A stretch of DNA of 64,000 nt from Promethearchaeota archaeon (GTDB lineage Archaea; Asgardarchaeota; Lokiarchaeia; Sigyniarchaeales; SOKP01): positions 92,568 to 156,567 of the forward strand of contig JAUVXW010000005.1 in the NCBI GenBank assembly GCA_030603385.1. The letters are read 5' to 3'. The first letter of the stretch is position 1. The number at the start of each line of letters is the position of its first letter. Shown here one piece after another: positions 40,408-50,842 of this stretch. A program made the position numbers and the translations under genes. Under the pieces are notes generated by a model. That model was not told where the DNA came from. It did no database searches and was given only the letters and a program-made list of their open reading frames with translations.

Positions 40408-42171
40408 TTATTGGGTCTCGTACAATTCTCTAATTTCTTGTACTGTTGTGATGTCTTTTGGTCCTTTTTCAGGTCGCATACGTAAGTAAACAGGGAATCT
40501 CATAGAATAACCTAAAGTGACAAATCTTTCACTAATTGTAATCTCATCACCAGTTATCTCTATTACTACTTCTGGTTGAAGCCATATATCCGGTGTATCT
40601 TCACATATAACATTACTGGATCTTTTATCGACTATATATTTTTCCATATCATTAGTTAGAGATTCTGACAACTCATCAGTTAAACCTGAAAAAAAGCGAG
40701 TAAACGCAACAAATTTATCTGTTTCTGGGTCATAAACTGCACCTATATATGTCCCCAATACTCCTGTTCTTCGACCCTTTCCATAAAAGGCTCCTATTAA
40801 AACAACATCTACAGTATCTTTTAATTTCCCTCCTTCTAAACTTTTCAATTTAAGCCACTTATAGCCACGATTTCCTGCTTGATAAATCGAATCTTCTTTA
40901 ATTGATTTAGCCATTATTCCTTCATTTCCTTCTTCTCCGGCTTTATTGAAGAATTCGAGTAATTCATCGATGGAATTTATCAATTCAGAATTAACTAACC
41001 TTAGTTCATCTCTTTCTTCAACGATTTCTTCAAGTTTTTTCCTACGTTCCGGAAACGATTTATCTACATATGATTCATTGCCAAATTTTAAAAGATCAAA
41101 TACAAATAAACATACTGGAACTTCTTTTAAAATCTCTTCAACATCATATTTCCTTCTTCTTTGGCTTAATACTTGAAATGGAAGCATTTTTTCATAAACG
41201 TGATCCATCGCAACGACTTCTCCCTCAAAAATCACATTTTCTGCCATGATACTTTCTCTTACTGCCTGACAGACATCAGGATATTGTTGCGAAATATCAA
41301 GTAAACGTCGTGAAAATAACATAATGTTATCCCCTTTTTTATGAATTTGAAGCCTTTCTCCATCTAATTTATATTCTGCTATAAATGGGACTCCTAATCT
41401 ATTAATGAACTCAGTATAAATTTCTCGTGAAGCAAGCATACTTAGAATAGGTGTACCAAATTCTATATCTATCCTTCTTACTTTTTTTAAACCATGTTCT
41501 GCTAATACTTTTGAAATTTCACCTAAATCAGGATACAAGCTATAAGCTTTTTCAATAATTTCTTTGTTTTCTCTCATACCAGTGAAAGCAAGAGCTAAAC
41601 CCTCTATTATTGTTGTTGACTGAACGCCAACCCTTAATGTAGAAGTTATAATTCTCAAGAGATATTTAGTTTCTAAAGGTGAACTTCTTCTCATTAATCC
41701 CCTTAAAATTCCTAATTTTATATCATGTGAGCCTGCACCTTCAGTTAAAGCAATTTTTCTTAATTCAGAATATAATTCAGAAATCTCTAGAGATGATTTC
41801 GATGCCTCATCACTTTGATTATAATCAAATAATGATTTTTGCTTCTTTTTTTTTGATAGAATTAATTCTGCAGCGGCTCCTATATCCCCTTGCTTCACTA
41901 ATACTTCTTTAATTCTTTTACCTTCTATTCCGGAGTGTACAGATAATGCTTCAACGATCATCTTTTCAGCTATTCCCATTTTTGGGAATTGTTTTATGTT
42001 AGGGGTTAATTGGCCTTGTAAAAGATAAATAATTTTATCCAAGTCTTCGAAGTCTTTTCTTTCCTTGATATCTCTGAAAAAATTTGATAGTAGATCAATC
42101 ATTTCAAGTCTTTTTGCTGTTCCCTCAAGTTCAGAAAATAAATTAGCTAAGTATTTGAATTTCATAAACAA
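40408..42171 (-). CDS. lig: ATP-dependent DNA ligase
   Basis: EYKLDGERLQIHK, FEGEVV, FDLL, EGIMAK, WLKLK, RFP. Confidence 0.95.
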   Translation of the reverse strand: MFMKFKYLANLFSELEGTAKRLEMIDLLSNFFRDIKERKDFEDLDKIIYLLQGQLTPNIKQFPKMGIAEKMIVEALSVHSGIEGKRIKEVLVKQGDIGAAAELILSKKKKQKSLFDYNQSDEASKSSLEISELYSELRKIALTEGAGSHDIKLGILRGLMRRSSPLETKYLLRIITSTLRVGVQSTTIIEGLALAFTGMRENKEIIEKAYSLYPDLGEISKVLAEHGLKKVRRIDIEFGTPILSMLASREIYTEFINRLGVPFIAEYKLDGERLQIHKKGDNIMLFSRRLLDISQQYPDVCQAVRESIMAENVIFEGEVVAMDHVYEKMLPFQVLSQRRRKYDVEEILKEVPVCLFVFDLLKFGNESYVDKSFPERRKKLEEIVEERDELRLVNSELINSIDELLEFFNKAGEEGNEGIMAKSIKEDSIYQAGNRGYKWLKLKSLEGGKLKDTVDVVLIGAFYGKGRRTGVLGTYIGAVYDPETDKFVAFTRFFSGLTDELSESLTNDMEKYIVDKRSSNVICEDTPDIWLQPEVVIEITGDEITISERFVTLGYSMRFPVYLRMRPEKGPKDITTVQEIRELYETQ

Positions 42172-42261
42172 TCATAAAATTGAAGATTTTCTTGTAAAAT
42201 CTTATTAAATATAAAAAAGATAATAATAAAAATTATATTAGTTTTGAGTGTTTTGAGACTC

Positions 42262-43110
42262 TCAAATGAGTTTTGATAATTCAATAAATTTTTTTTGAAT
42301 TGCTGTCTTGATCTTGGGGTCAATCCGGTTGAAAGAATTTGCTGAAAAATTAATTTTGCTACCTTCCTTCAATTGAAAAGTACAGATTGGACCATCCATT
42401 TCTTCAACAGAATAATTCCCATCTTTCTTCTTTGAAATCCAGATGTCATCAAAATGTTCCAATATAGCACTAAATACAAATGCAATCTTTGCATTTGTAG
42501 CCAAGCTTGCTTTTGAAACTTGTATAGCAGGAATTGGTTTTGCAGCTGGTTTTATTGAAGGTAAAGGTTCTGCTTCATCATATTCAGAAGCAGTATTTGC
42601 TGATTTTACTGATGTAGGTGCTGGTTTTGAAACTGTAGGTGTTGGTGCTGGTTTTGAGACTGGTTTTGAGACTGCATGTGTTGTTACTGGCTTTGTCTTA
42701 ACTTTAGGTGCTACAACGGCTGGGCTAACAGCACTAGCTTGAAATGTAACAATAAAATTATCTAATTCAGTAAATTTTCTATCTAATAAAGCCAGTAGTT
42801 CTTCATTCATTTGAGTATCATCTGGAACTTTTCCTACTTTTCTCGCGTCTATTTCTTTTAATACTTTAATATCCCGCCCAATAATACTTCTACCTACAGT
42901 ATAACCGTGTCCTTTTAGAGACTCTGCTTGCCTTAGGGCTGTTCTTCGAGCAACTAATCCTTGCTGAACGCCATGCCATAAATAAAGTGATTCTGAACTT
43001 TCATCTAAAACTATTATTGAAGTATCTGGTAAAAAATAATCTTTACCCCATTTAATTGGAAAAATTTCCCCACCGGGTCTTGCGTTGAACATAAGAGCAA
43101 AATCTGTCAT
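42262..43110 (-). CDS. gelsolin-like domain protein with P/A/K/S-rich linker
   Basis: SIIVLDE...LYLWHG...R.ALRQA gelsolin-repeat pattern; SKPAPT repeats. Confidence 0.6.
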   Translation of the reverse strand: MTDFALMFNARPGGEIFPIKWGKDYFLPDTSIIVLDESSESLYLWHGVQQGLVARRTALRQAESLKGHGYTVGRSIIGRDIKVLKEIDARKVGKVPDDTQMNEELLALLDRKFTELDNFIVTFQASAVSPAVVAPKVKTKPVTTHAVSKPVSKPAPTPTVSKPAPTSVKSANTASEYDEAEPLPSIKPAAKPIPAIQVSKASLATNAKIAFVFSAILEHFDDIWISKKKDGNYSVEEMDGPICTFQLKEGSKINFSANSFNRIDPKIKTAIQKKFIELSKLI

Positions 43111-43324
43111 TGGTTAACATCTTTAGTTATTATTTATAATATTCACGAATCTTTTGCTATAAATAAAATAGTGTTAATTAATTTAAAAATTCAGTTTTCG
43201 AAAATAATTTTTAGATATAACTTCTAAAAAGATTTAACATCGATAATGACTGTTAACTTAAGATTAAAGATTACAATTGTTTGAATGATTAAATTCTTAA
43301 ATTTACAATGTTTATTGATTTTAA

Positions 43325-44305
43325 ATGAGTGAAAAAGTGTTAAAACTAACAATTCCTAAAGGGAGCCTACAAGAAGATATAGCTTCTTTCTTCGAAAGAG
43401 CTGGTTTAAAGTTAAAGTTAGTATCAAAAAGAGATTATCGACCATCAGTGGGAGATCCAGAAATTTATATTAAATTATTGAGACCACAAGAAATACCAAA
43501 TTATCTAATAGGAGAAAATGAATTTGATCTGGGGATTTCGGGAATTGACTGGGTTAAAGAAACAAAAGCAGATGTTGAGGTATTATTAGATCTAGAGATA
43601 GGAGCTGTTTCAATAGTTCTCTGTGCCCCAAATAATTGGGAAAATATATATAACCTAGATGATATTCTCCAAAAATTTTATAATGATAATAAAGTGTTAA
43701 GGATCTCGACTGAATATTTAACGTTATCGGTTAATTATTTAAAAGAAAATAAGACTTACAAAAAACTCTATGGTGATATCATTCCATTAGTGATCACCCC
43801 ATGGAGAATATGGGGAGAAAATGAAAAAGTCAAAATATTCCTATCATTTGGAGCTACAGAAGCTAAACCTCCTGAAGAAGTAGATGTGATAATTGATAAC
43901 ACCTCCACTGGCACAACAATCAAGGCTAATAATTTAAAAATCGTAGAGATTATTGATACATCAACAGCAGTCTTAATAGCCAATAAAAATGCGTTAAAAG
44001 ATGATTGGAAGCAAGAAAAAATAAAAGATATTCTTGTTTTGTTAAAAGGTGTTATAGAGGCAAGAAAGAAGCTTCACATATTTATGAATGTTAGAGAAGA
44101 AAATTTAAATAAAATTCTATTAGAACTTCCTGCCTTAAAGCGTCCAACAATTTCTAAATTAGCTGGAAGTGAAGGATGGTATGCCATAAATACGATAATT
44201 AAAAAAGATGAATTTTTAGGTTTAATTCCGATTTTAAGAAAATATGCTCAAGGATTAGTTGTTCACGAGCCTCGTCAAATTTTACCTCTTGAAGATGTAC
44301 GATAA
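43325..44305 (+). CDS. hisG: ATP phosphoribosyltransferase (long form)
   Basis: IPKGSL, LRPQEIP, DLGISGIDW, GATE, TGTTIKAN, PTIS. Confidence 0.93.
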   Translation: MSEKVLKLTIPKGSLQEDIASFFERAGLKLKLVSKRDYRPSVGDPEIYIKLLRPQEIPNYLIGENEFDLGISGIDWVKETKADVEVLLDLEIGAVSIVLCAPNNWENIYNLDDILQKFYNDNKVLRISTEYLTLSVNYLKENKTYKKLYGDIIPLVITPWRIWGENEKVKIFLSFGATEAKPPEEVDVIIDNTSTGTTIKANNLKIVEIIDTSTAVLIANKNALKDDWKQEKIKDILVLLKGVIEARKKLHIFMNVREENLNKILLELPALKRPTISKLAGSEGWYAINTIIKKDEFLGLIPILRKYAQGLVVHEPRQILPLEDVR

Positions 44306-44310
44306 TCATT

Positions 44311-45624
44311 TTGATTAATATGAATACTTTAAAAGTTATCAATTCTGATCAAATAAACGAGGAAACTATATATAAATATATCCCTCGTACAGAGACTCAA
44401 TTAGAATTAATCAGAGATTCTGTAATTAAGATTATTCAAGAGGTAAAAGAAAAAGGGGATAAAGCTCTAATTGAATTCACCCATAAATTTGATAAAGTAA
44501 AATTAACTAAAAGAGAAATTCAAGTATCAAAAGATGAATTATCTCAAGCTTATGACCAAATTGAACCTACTTTACTTCATGCTATACATTATGCAAAAGA
44601 AAATCTTATTAAATTTAATAAAGCTCAAAAACGAGATGACTGGACTGTTGAAATATCAAAAGGAATTGTCGCTGGGCAAATCTATCGTCCACTCGAAACA
44701 ATTGGAATCTATGTTCCAGGTGGTAAAGCATTATATCCTAGTACGGTTCTGATGATCGCTGCTCCTGCTTATGTTGCAGGAATAAAAGAAATTATTATGT
44801 GTTCTCCACCACAAAAAAACAAAAAAATTGCTCCTGAGGTTTTAGTTGCTGCTAATGAATTTAAAATAGAAAAAATCTATAAAGTAGGTGGTGCACAAGC
44901 CATTGCTGCTATGGCTTATGGCACAGAAATTATTCCAAAAGTTCAAAAAGTAGTTGGCCCTGGTAATATATGGGTTAATGCAGCAAAACAAATTCTTTCA
45001 AATATTATCTCGATAGATGCACCCGCAGGACCTTCAGAGATTTTAATTATTGCTGATGAATCTGCAGATCCAAACTATGTAATAGTTGATTTTATTTCTC
45101 AAATTGAGCATGATCCTGATAATGTAGGAATTTTGGTTTCTGATTCAGAATATCTGATTAGTCAAATAGAAAATTCGATTGATAAATATGTTTCCCAATC
45201 AATGAGACGTGATATAATAGAGAAAGCATTGAGAAATAATTCAATACTAATTAAAGCTAAAGACATTGAAGATTGCATAAGAATTAGCAATTTAATTGCC
45301 CCAGAACACCTTGAAATTTTAGTTGAGAATCCAAATGGACTATTAAAAGAAATTACTAATGCTGGTGCCATATTTCTTGGACCTTATTCTCCTGTATCTT
45401 TAGGAGATTATTGTGCTGGAACAAACCATATCCTCCCAACAGGGGGAAGCGCTAAAAAATATTCTGGTTTAAATCTATATGATTTTTTAAAAACAATTGA
45501 TGTGTTAAAATGTGAAATAGAGGGTTTAGAAAAACTCAGTGAGGCAGCAATTAAATTAGCTGAATATGAAGGATTATTTGCTCATAAAAGATCAATCGAA
45601 GAAAGATTAAAAGATAAAGATTAA
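44311..45624 (+). CDS. hisD: histidinol dehydrogenase
   Basis: GIYVPGG, YPST, GGAQAIAA, GPGN, AGPSE, QIEHD, APEHL, GTNHILPT. Confidence 0.95.
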   Translation: MINMNTLKVINSDQINEETIYKYIPRTETQLELIRDSVIKIIQEVKEKGDKALIEFTHKFDKVKLTKREIQVSKDELSQAYDQIEPTLLHAIHYAKENLIKFNKAQKRDDWTVEISKGIVAGQIYRPLETIGIYVPGGKALYPSTVLMIAAPAYVAGIKEIIMCSPPQKNKKIAPEVLVAANEFKIEKIYKVGGAQAIAAMAYGTEIIPKVQKVVGPGNIWVNAAKQILSNIISIDAPAGPSEILIIADESADPNYVIVDFISQIEHDPDNVGILVSDSEYLISQIENSIDKYVSQSMRRDIIEKALRNNSILIKAKDIEDCIRISNLIAPEHLEILVENPNGLLKEITNAGAIFLGPYSPVSLGDYCAGTNHILPTGGSAKKYSGLNLYDFLKTIDVLKCEIEGLEKLSEAAIKLAEYEGLFAHKRSIEERLKDKD

Positions 45625-45709
45625 ATTTAATTAAGTAAATACATAAAATATTAATTTAATAAGAAAAACAATAGTATACATAGTTTTAAAATTACAAAAG
45701 GTTGATTAA

Positions 45710-46795
45710 ATGGAATTAAATGAATTGCTGAGAGAACACCTAAGAAAATATTCAGCATATGAACCTGGTGAACAACCGATGGAAGATGGCTGGCTTAAAT
45801 TAAATACTAATGAAAATCCCTTTCCACCAATTCCCGAAATATTAAATGATATAAAAAATGCTGTTAATGAAAAGATCAGACTTTACCCTGACCCTACTTC
45901 CTTTGAATTACGCAAAGAAATTCTAAATGTATTATTACGAGATAAAGATACATTGACAAATAGGAATTCAATATTTATTGGAAACGGTTCTGATGAAATA
46001 TTTGATGTAATTTTTAAAATGTTTATTGACCCCGGGGATGAAATCGTTATTTTCTATCCATCTTATGGATTATATAAAGTATTAGCCACACTTTATAACG
46101 CTAAAATTACAGAAATTCAATTAAATGATGATTTTTCTATACCAGATTCAGCATTTAACGCAAAAGGTAAACTTATGTTTATTAATTCACCAAATAATCC
46201 TAATGGAAAATCATATGGCAATGCAACAATTTTAAAATTGTGTGGAAGCTTCCCTGGCGTTGTAGTTGTTGATGAGGCTTATGGGGATTTTTCAACCCAA
46301 ACAAGCCTTCCCTTATTAAAAAAAGTAAAGAATTTGATTGTAAATCGATCATTTTCCAAAAGTTTTTCAATTGCCGCGTTGAGAATGGGTTTCGCGTTGG
46401 CTGATCCCGAGATTATAAAAGAAATGAATAGAGTTAAATTACCATATAATACAAACTATCTAGGACAAATTGCCGCTCTATCATGTATTAAGCATAGTAA
46501 TAAAATTTTTGAAAGAAACAAAAAAATCATAGAGGAAAGAAATAGGTTAACTGAGGAATTAAATAAATTTAATGGAATTAGCGTTTTACCTTCGGATTCT
46601 AATTTTATTTTTATAAAATTTGAAGACAAATCTAAAACCTTAAAATTTGTGTGGGATTTAAAAGAAATGAAAATACTTGTTAGACACTTTAGCAAACCTG
46701 GTCTCTACAACTATATTCGGCTAACAGTTGGTATGGAAGTAGATAATAATAAGTTTATTGACGCTTTTCAGAAGATTGCAGACAAATATTTATAG
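45710..46795 (+). CDS. hisC: histidinol-phosphate aminotransferase
   Basis: LNTNENP, GNGSDE, SPNNP, VDEAY, RSFSKSF (PLP Lys). Confidence 0.93.
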   Translation: MELNELLREHLRKYSAYEPGEQPMEDGWLKLNTNENPFPPIPEILNDIKNAVNEKIRLYPDPTSFELRKEILNVLLRDKDTLTNRNSIFIGNGSDEIFDVIFKMFIDPGDEIVIFYPSYGLYKVLATLYNAKITEIQLNDDFSIPDSAFNAKGKLMFINSPNNPNGKSYGNATILKLCGSFPGVVVVDEAYGDFSTQTSLPLLKKVKNLIVNRSFSKSFSIAALRMGFALADPEIIKEMNRVKLPYNTNYLGQIAALSCIKHSNKIFERNKKIIEERNRLTEELNKFNGISVLPSDSNFIFIKFEDKSKTLKFVWDLKEMKILVRHFSKPGLYNYIRLTVGMEVDNNKFIDAFQKIADKYL

Positions 46796-46861
46796 TGAAT
46801 AAAAACTAAAATATTTAAAATTTTAATTTAATAATTTTATTAATACCAAAATTTAGGCGAG

Positions 46862-48052
46862 TTGGTAAAAATACCCCGTACTGTATTTCCTTTAGATAAA
46901 GCAATAACTAAGGTTGAATGTCAATTTTGTGGATACAAAATTTCAAAACCTTTTCCTAAGGATCAACTATGCCCTAAATGTGGTAGATTTTTAGCCATCT
47001 TACATGATATAACAGCCGAAGAGAAAGAGAAAGTTCAACCTAAACAGTTTGAGACTAAAACCACTACATTATCTTCAAAATTGCAAGGTAAAGTAAAAAT
47101 AAAAGAAAAATCTTTAAGTATCTCTTTAGAGAGTGAGAAAATCCAATTGAAGAAAGGTGAATATGTAAAATTACTTGGAATCACCTCGATTGATAGGACT
47201 CAGTTATATTGTAGTAATAAAAATTTAAGATACTTACTAGAATTAACGAATAATTTAGATTTTATAGCTACAGGTGTGTTAGGTGGAGTCCTTGATAAAA
47301 TGCTTCTAATTTCTGTAGAACAAAATACTGAAGAAAAATGCCAATTCTATGTTAAAAATGATATCATCTATATAATCTATGGTAAATTCCCGGATAAAAA
47401 AGGAAAATGGCTTCTTGAGCAAATGTCGAATAATTACTCTGAATTAGTAAGAGGTAAAGATGTTAATAGCTTAGATAAATTAGAATCATATCAAATTGAA
47501 AAAGAATTCAAACGACGCACAAAATTTATTCTTACTGAATATCTTAAATTACAAGAAGTATTTTCTGATCAAGAAATACCGTACGTTGAAGACACTATTC
47601 GAATTGACTATTTGGGTTTATCTTCTATGTCAATTGGAGTTATTTCATTATTAATAGGAGAGGATTTAAATGTTGAACTGCAAATAGAAGTGGATAGTCC
47701 AGAGGAGGAGAAAGAGATGAAAGAATCAATGTTAACAGCAAGAATCGAAGCTATTGCCGCAAACACTCAAGGAAATACTGGAGCATTCCCTCGCTGGATA
47801 TCTGTAAAACTCGGATTTCAAAAATATAGATTTTTAACATTTAAAAAATATCAAAATGATTACTTCCTTTCATTACTTTCTGAAGGGAACTTAAGAAAAA
47901 TTGATCAAGTTGAAGAAATATTTGAGCCTAAAATTAGTAAAGTAACCCAATCAACTTTTTCTGGGAATTTGAAACCCTTTAATGTATTGAAATTAAGTTT
48001 AGAAGAAGATTTAGCTAAAAGAAGAAAATTCCCACCATTTACGTTTGCTTAA
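46862..48052 (+). CDS. hypothetical protein with N-terminal zinc ribbon and possible roadblock/longin-like domains
   Basis: CQFC...CPKC; alpha/beta pattern downstream. Confidence 0.45.
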   Translation: MVKIPRTVFPLDKAITKVECQFCGYKISKPFPKDQLCPKCGRFLAILHDITAEEKEKVQPKQFETKTTTLSSKLQGKVKIKEKSLSISLESEKIQLKKGEYVKLLGITSIDRTQLYCSNKNLRYLLELTNNLDFIATGVLGGVLDKMLLISVEQNTEEKCQFYVKNDIIYIIYGKFPDKKGKWLLEQMSNNYSELVRGKDVNSLDKLESYQIEKEFKRRTKFILTEYLKLQEVFSDQEIPYVEDTIRIDYLGLSSMSIGVISLLIGEDLNVELQIEVDSPEEEKEMKESMLTARIEAIAANTQGNTGAFPRWISVKLGFQKYRFLTFKKYQNDYFLSLLSEGNLRKIDQVEEIFEPKISKVTQSTFSGNLKPFNVLKLSLEEDLAKRRKFPPFTFA

Positions 48053-48070
48053 GAATATATTAAAATTATA

Positions 48071-48091
48071 CTGAGGAGATTTTCTCTTCAG
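48071..48091. terminator. hairpin between convergent genes
   Basis: CTGAGGAGA-TTT-TCTCTTCAG. Confidence 0.3.
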
Positions 48092-48280
48092 CAATTTTAA
48101 TGATTTAGAAATAATAAAAAATATAATAAGTGTTTACAATTGCTCGATACCTAGAAATAAATTCTGTGATTTCACGCATTAATGATATAATTAATAATAT
48201 TAAACCTAATGATTTTCCTCCACTAACTCGAGTTCTTTTAAAAGATTCTTACACAAAATTAGAATAAAAATAAAAAGAAT

Positions 48281-49612
48281 TTAATCTTCTATTAATGCGG
48301 TTTTACCACTACCCCATACTCCAAGTGCGATCCCTAATTCTTTGTGTTCTTTAGCAACTTGTTTTACATTTTTTCCTTGCATAACAGCATCAATTGCTTG
48401 TCTAAATGCTTTAGCGCCAGATGTTGGACCATCAGGATGACTATGAATACCACCACCACTACCAATTAAAATATCATTACCGGCTTCTTTCATACATTTT
48501 TCAACCATTCCAGGTGTAATTCCTCCACTGGGCATTGGTAATGTTGGTTTGATATGTTGAAATGGAAATCGAAGTGCTTTAAGATTCTGCTCATATCTCT
48601 CATCTAATATCTCGGCTTTTCCATAAGGTGCAGGAATTACAACTGTATCAGCACCACAAATTCGTGGTAATTTTGCAAAAGTTAGCATACTAGTCATTCC
48701 TGTCCATATCCCCCCAAAGTAAGTCCCTCCAAAATCCATATGCCCTAAAATAGGAACTTTTATTGATGGATCTTCGGCAATTTGTCTTAGAGCTTCAAAT
48801 CCAGTAGTTAAGTAATTTATCATTAAGGCATTGGCTCCTAATTCTATCATCTTATCGGCGTATTCGAACATTTCCGGGAATTTAGTGGTAATATTTATAG
48901 TGTATAATGTTTTTTCTCCTTTTTCTGAGTCTGCTCTATCAACAGCTTCCATAACTTTTACAATTCTTTCTTCTAATCTATTAAAAGAAGGGTTTGATAT
49001 TAATTCATCATCTTTTACCACATCACAACCACCAACGGCAGCTTTGTATACTAGATCTGCCGCAACATCTGCTGTATGCCCTGTACAAGGCTTTACCATA
49101 TTGTTTAAAAGAGGACGTTCTGGTACATTCATTAATTTTCGTAAACCATCGATCCCAAACTTAGGTCCTTTAAAATCCTCTAACCATGCTTTAGGGAAAG
49201 CCAGATCTACTAATTTTAATCCGTGTGTAATGCTAATATTTCCAATAACTGTTGTAAAAAGCATTGGTATTCCCATTCCTTTAATATTTATAATAGGAAA
49301 CCCGATTTGTACAAAATAAATTCGTTCCTTAATATCTTTAGGCACCACATATTCTATGTGAGGCAATTCATATACTCCAAGCACTCTTGCTACATGATGT
49401 TTTCTAACCTCTTCTGTCTCAGCAGGAACTCGAACCCATGTTCCTGTTGATTGTTCGATTGCCACGAATCTAGAGAGATAGTTAACATTTTGTCCCTTAG
49501 GGCGTTTTATAATATAACTTGCAATAATATATTTTTCTAAATCTATACCGTCTAAGCCAATGGCTTCTGGAGTATCTAAATATTTTTCACAGCTAGGAAA
49601 GTTTTTATCCAT
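48281..49612 (-). CDS. RuBisCO-like protein (form IV)
   Basis: EQSTGTW, VKDDE and PSGG retained, but VKPCTG (second Lys lost), GHMD instead of HRA, and the His before loop 6 is absent. Confidence 0.88.
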   Translation of the reverse strand: MDKNFPSCEKYLDTPEAIGLDGIDLEKYIIASYIIKRPKGQNVNYLSRFVAIEQSTGTWVRVPAETEEVRKHHVARVLGVYELPHIEYVVPKDIKERIYFVQIGFPIINIKGMGIPMLFTTVIGNISITHGLKLVDLAFPKAWLEDFKGPKFGIDGLRKLMNVPERPLLNNMVKPCTGHTADVAADLVYKAAVGGCDVVKDDELISNPSFNRLEERIVKVMEAVDRADSEKGEKTLYTINITTKFPEMFEYADKMIELGANALMINYLTTGFEALRQIAEDPSIKVPILGHMDFGGTYFGGIWTGMTSMLTFAKLPRICGADTVVIPAPYGKAEILDERYEQNLKALRFPFQHIKPTLPMPSGGITPGMVEKCMKEAGNDILIGSGGGIHSHPDGPTSGAKAFRQAIDAVMQGKNVKQVAKEHKELGIALGVWGSGKTALIED

Positions 49613-49726
49613 TTTAATTTCACATAATTAGTTTATTGATTGTTCTAATTGAGATTAATACTAATCAACTCAAAAATATTTTGATATTAAGAAAAAAATA
49701 AAAAATAAGAAAATTTTAAAATTTAA

Positions 49727-50842
49727 TTAATCTTTCACTTTAGCTTCTGCTTTTTGCGCTGCTTTTAAATTTGTATACGTGTTTTCAAGTACAGTCAAGT
49801 ATTCAATTAAAACTTGATCAGCTTTTGATTTTTGTTCATATACTGTTTTAATAACATTCATTAGATATTTTGGGAACATTAAATCTAGATGAAAATCAGA
49901 TAGAAGCGCATAATATTCATTGCCTCGTTCATCTTGGAAGACTTGTATCAATTGAGTATCCCAAAGCATCTTTAATACATCATCGAGGTCTTCTACCCCT
50001 TTCTTTCTAAGTTTCTCCAGGTCATTCTTAGTAACAACGGCAGTTCTTAATAATCTTATTGTTTCATAAACTTGTGGATTGGTAAGAACATCTAATATTC
50101 TGAGATTATCTCCTTCTGAGGGTTGATAATTTTGAAAATATCTTCGAACATCAGTTTTATAATTTTCAACAAGTTGAGAAGGTAAACCTCGATCTGCTGG
50201 GTCTCTTAAAATAATCGCTGGTGGCACGCGCATAAGGACAATATCTTTTATCAAGAAAATTAGTTCAGAAGGCATACCTTTTACTGATGCTTCTTTGACT
50301 ATCTCACGTTTAATGAGTTCCATTAAAACACCTTCGACATCAACAAATCCTTGTTTATATCTGTCTTTTAGCCAAATCATCAGTTCTGATTTAGAGACTA
50401 CACCTTCATCCCTTAAACGCTTAATTATCATACGTTTTATTTCATCTTGATATGTAAGCGCAAGTCGTTGCTCAGTACTTAAAGTGGGATACACTGATAA
50501 TCGTCGGAATAGCGTAGGGATCATTTGGAGAAATGCATCATCTTCCAAATTTGTTAGTATAATTCTAGAAATATCTATTAATCCTTCTTCGTATGCATCT
50601 GGATCATCATCAAGATTCAAGAGTAGAAGAACATAGAAGTTTTTCTCTGGTCCAGTGTAGTATGATGCAATATTTAATGAACCAATCATTAAACTAATCA
50701 TCCCTGATTCTCCGCTATATTCATGGGTGCTATAAACTTGCATTAGTGTTTTCTCAGTTAATACAATTTCTTCTGGGTATTTAGATAATATTTCAGTACC
50801 TGCCCTGTCATCCCATCTCATTATAACTAATCCAATTGGCAT
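49727..50842 (-). CDS. longin/uDENN-like domain protein (paralog A)
   Basis: GLVIMRWDDRAGTEILSKYP resembles the uDENN/longin start; strongly similar to 56432-57541. Confidence 0.55.
   Translation of the reverse strand: MPIGLVIMRWDDRAGTEILSKYPEEIVLTEKTLMQVYSTHEYSGESGMISLMIGSLNIASYYTGPEKNFYVLLLLNLDDDPDAYEEGLIDISRIILTNLEDDAFLQMIPTLFRRLSVYPTLSTEQRLALTYQDEIKRMIIKRLRDEGVVSKSELMIWLKDRYKQGFVDVEGVLMELIKREIVKEASVKGMPSELIFLIKDIVLMRVPPAIILRDPADRGLPSQLVENYKTDVRRYFQNYQPSEGDNLRILDVLTNPQVYETIRLLRTAVVTKNDLEKLRKKGVEDLDDVLKMLWDTQLIQVFQDERGNEYYALLSDFHLDLMFPKYLMNVIKTVYEQKSKADQVLIEYLTVLENTYTNLKAAQKAEAKVKD

Noticed and set aside
43281-43320. TTGAATGA...TGA resembling a third SECIS
   Set aside because: The stem register is poor, the loop consensus is absent, and it lies in the hisG promoter region with no upstream same-strand UGA gene
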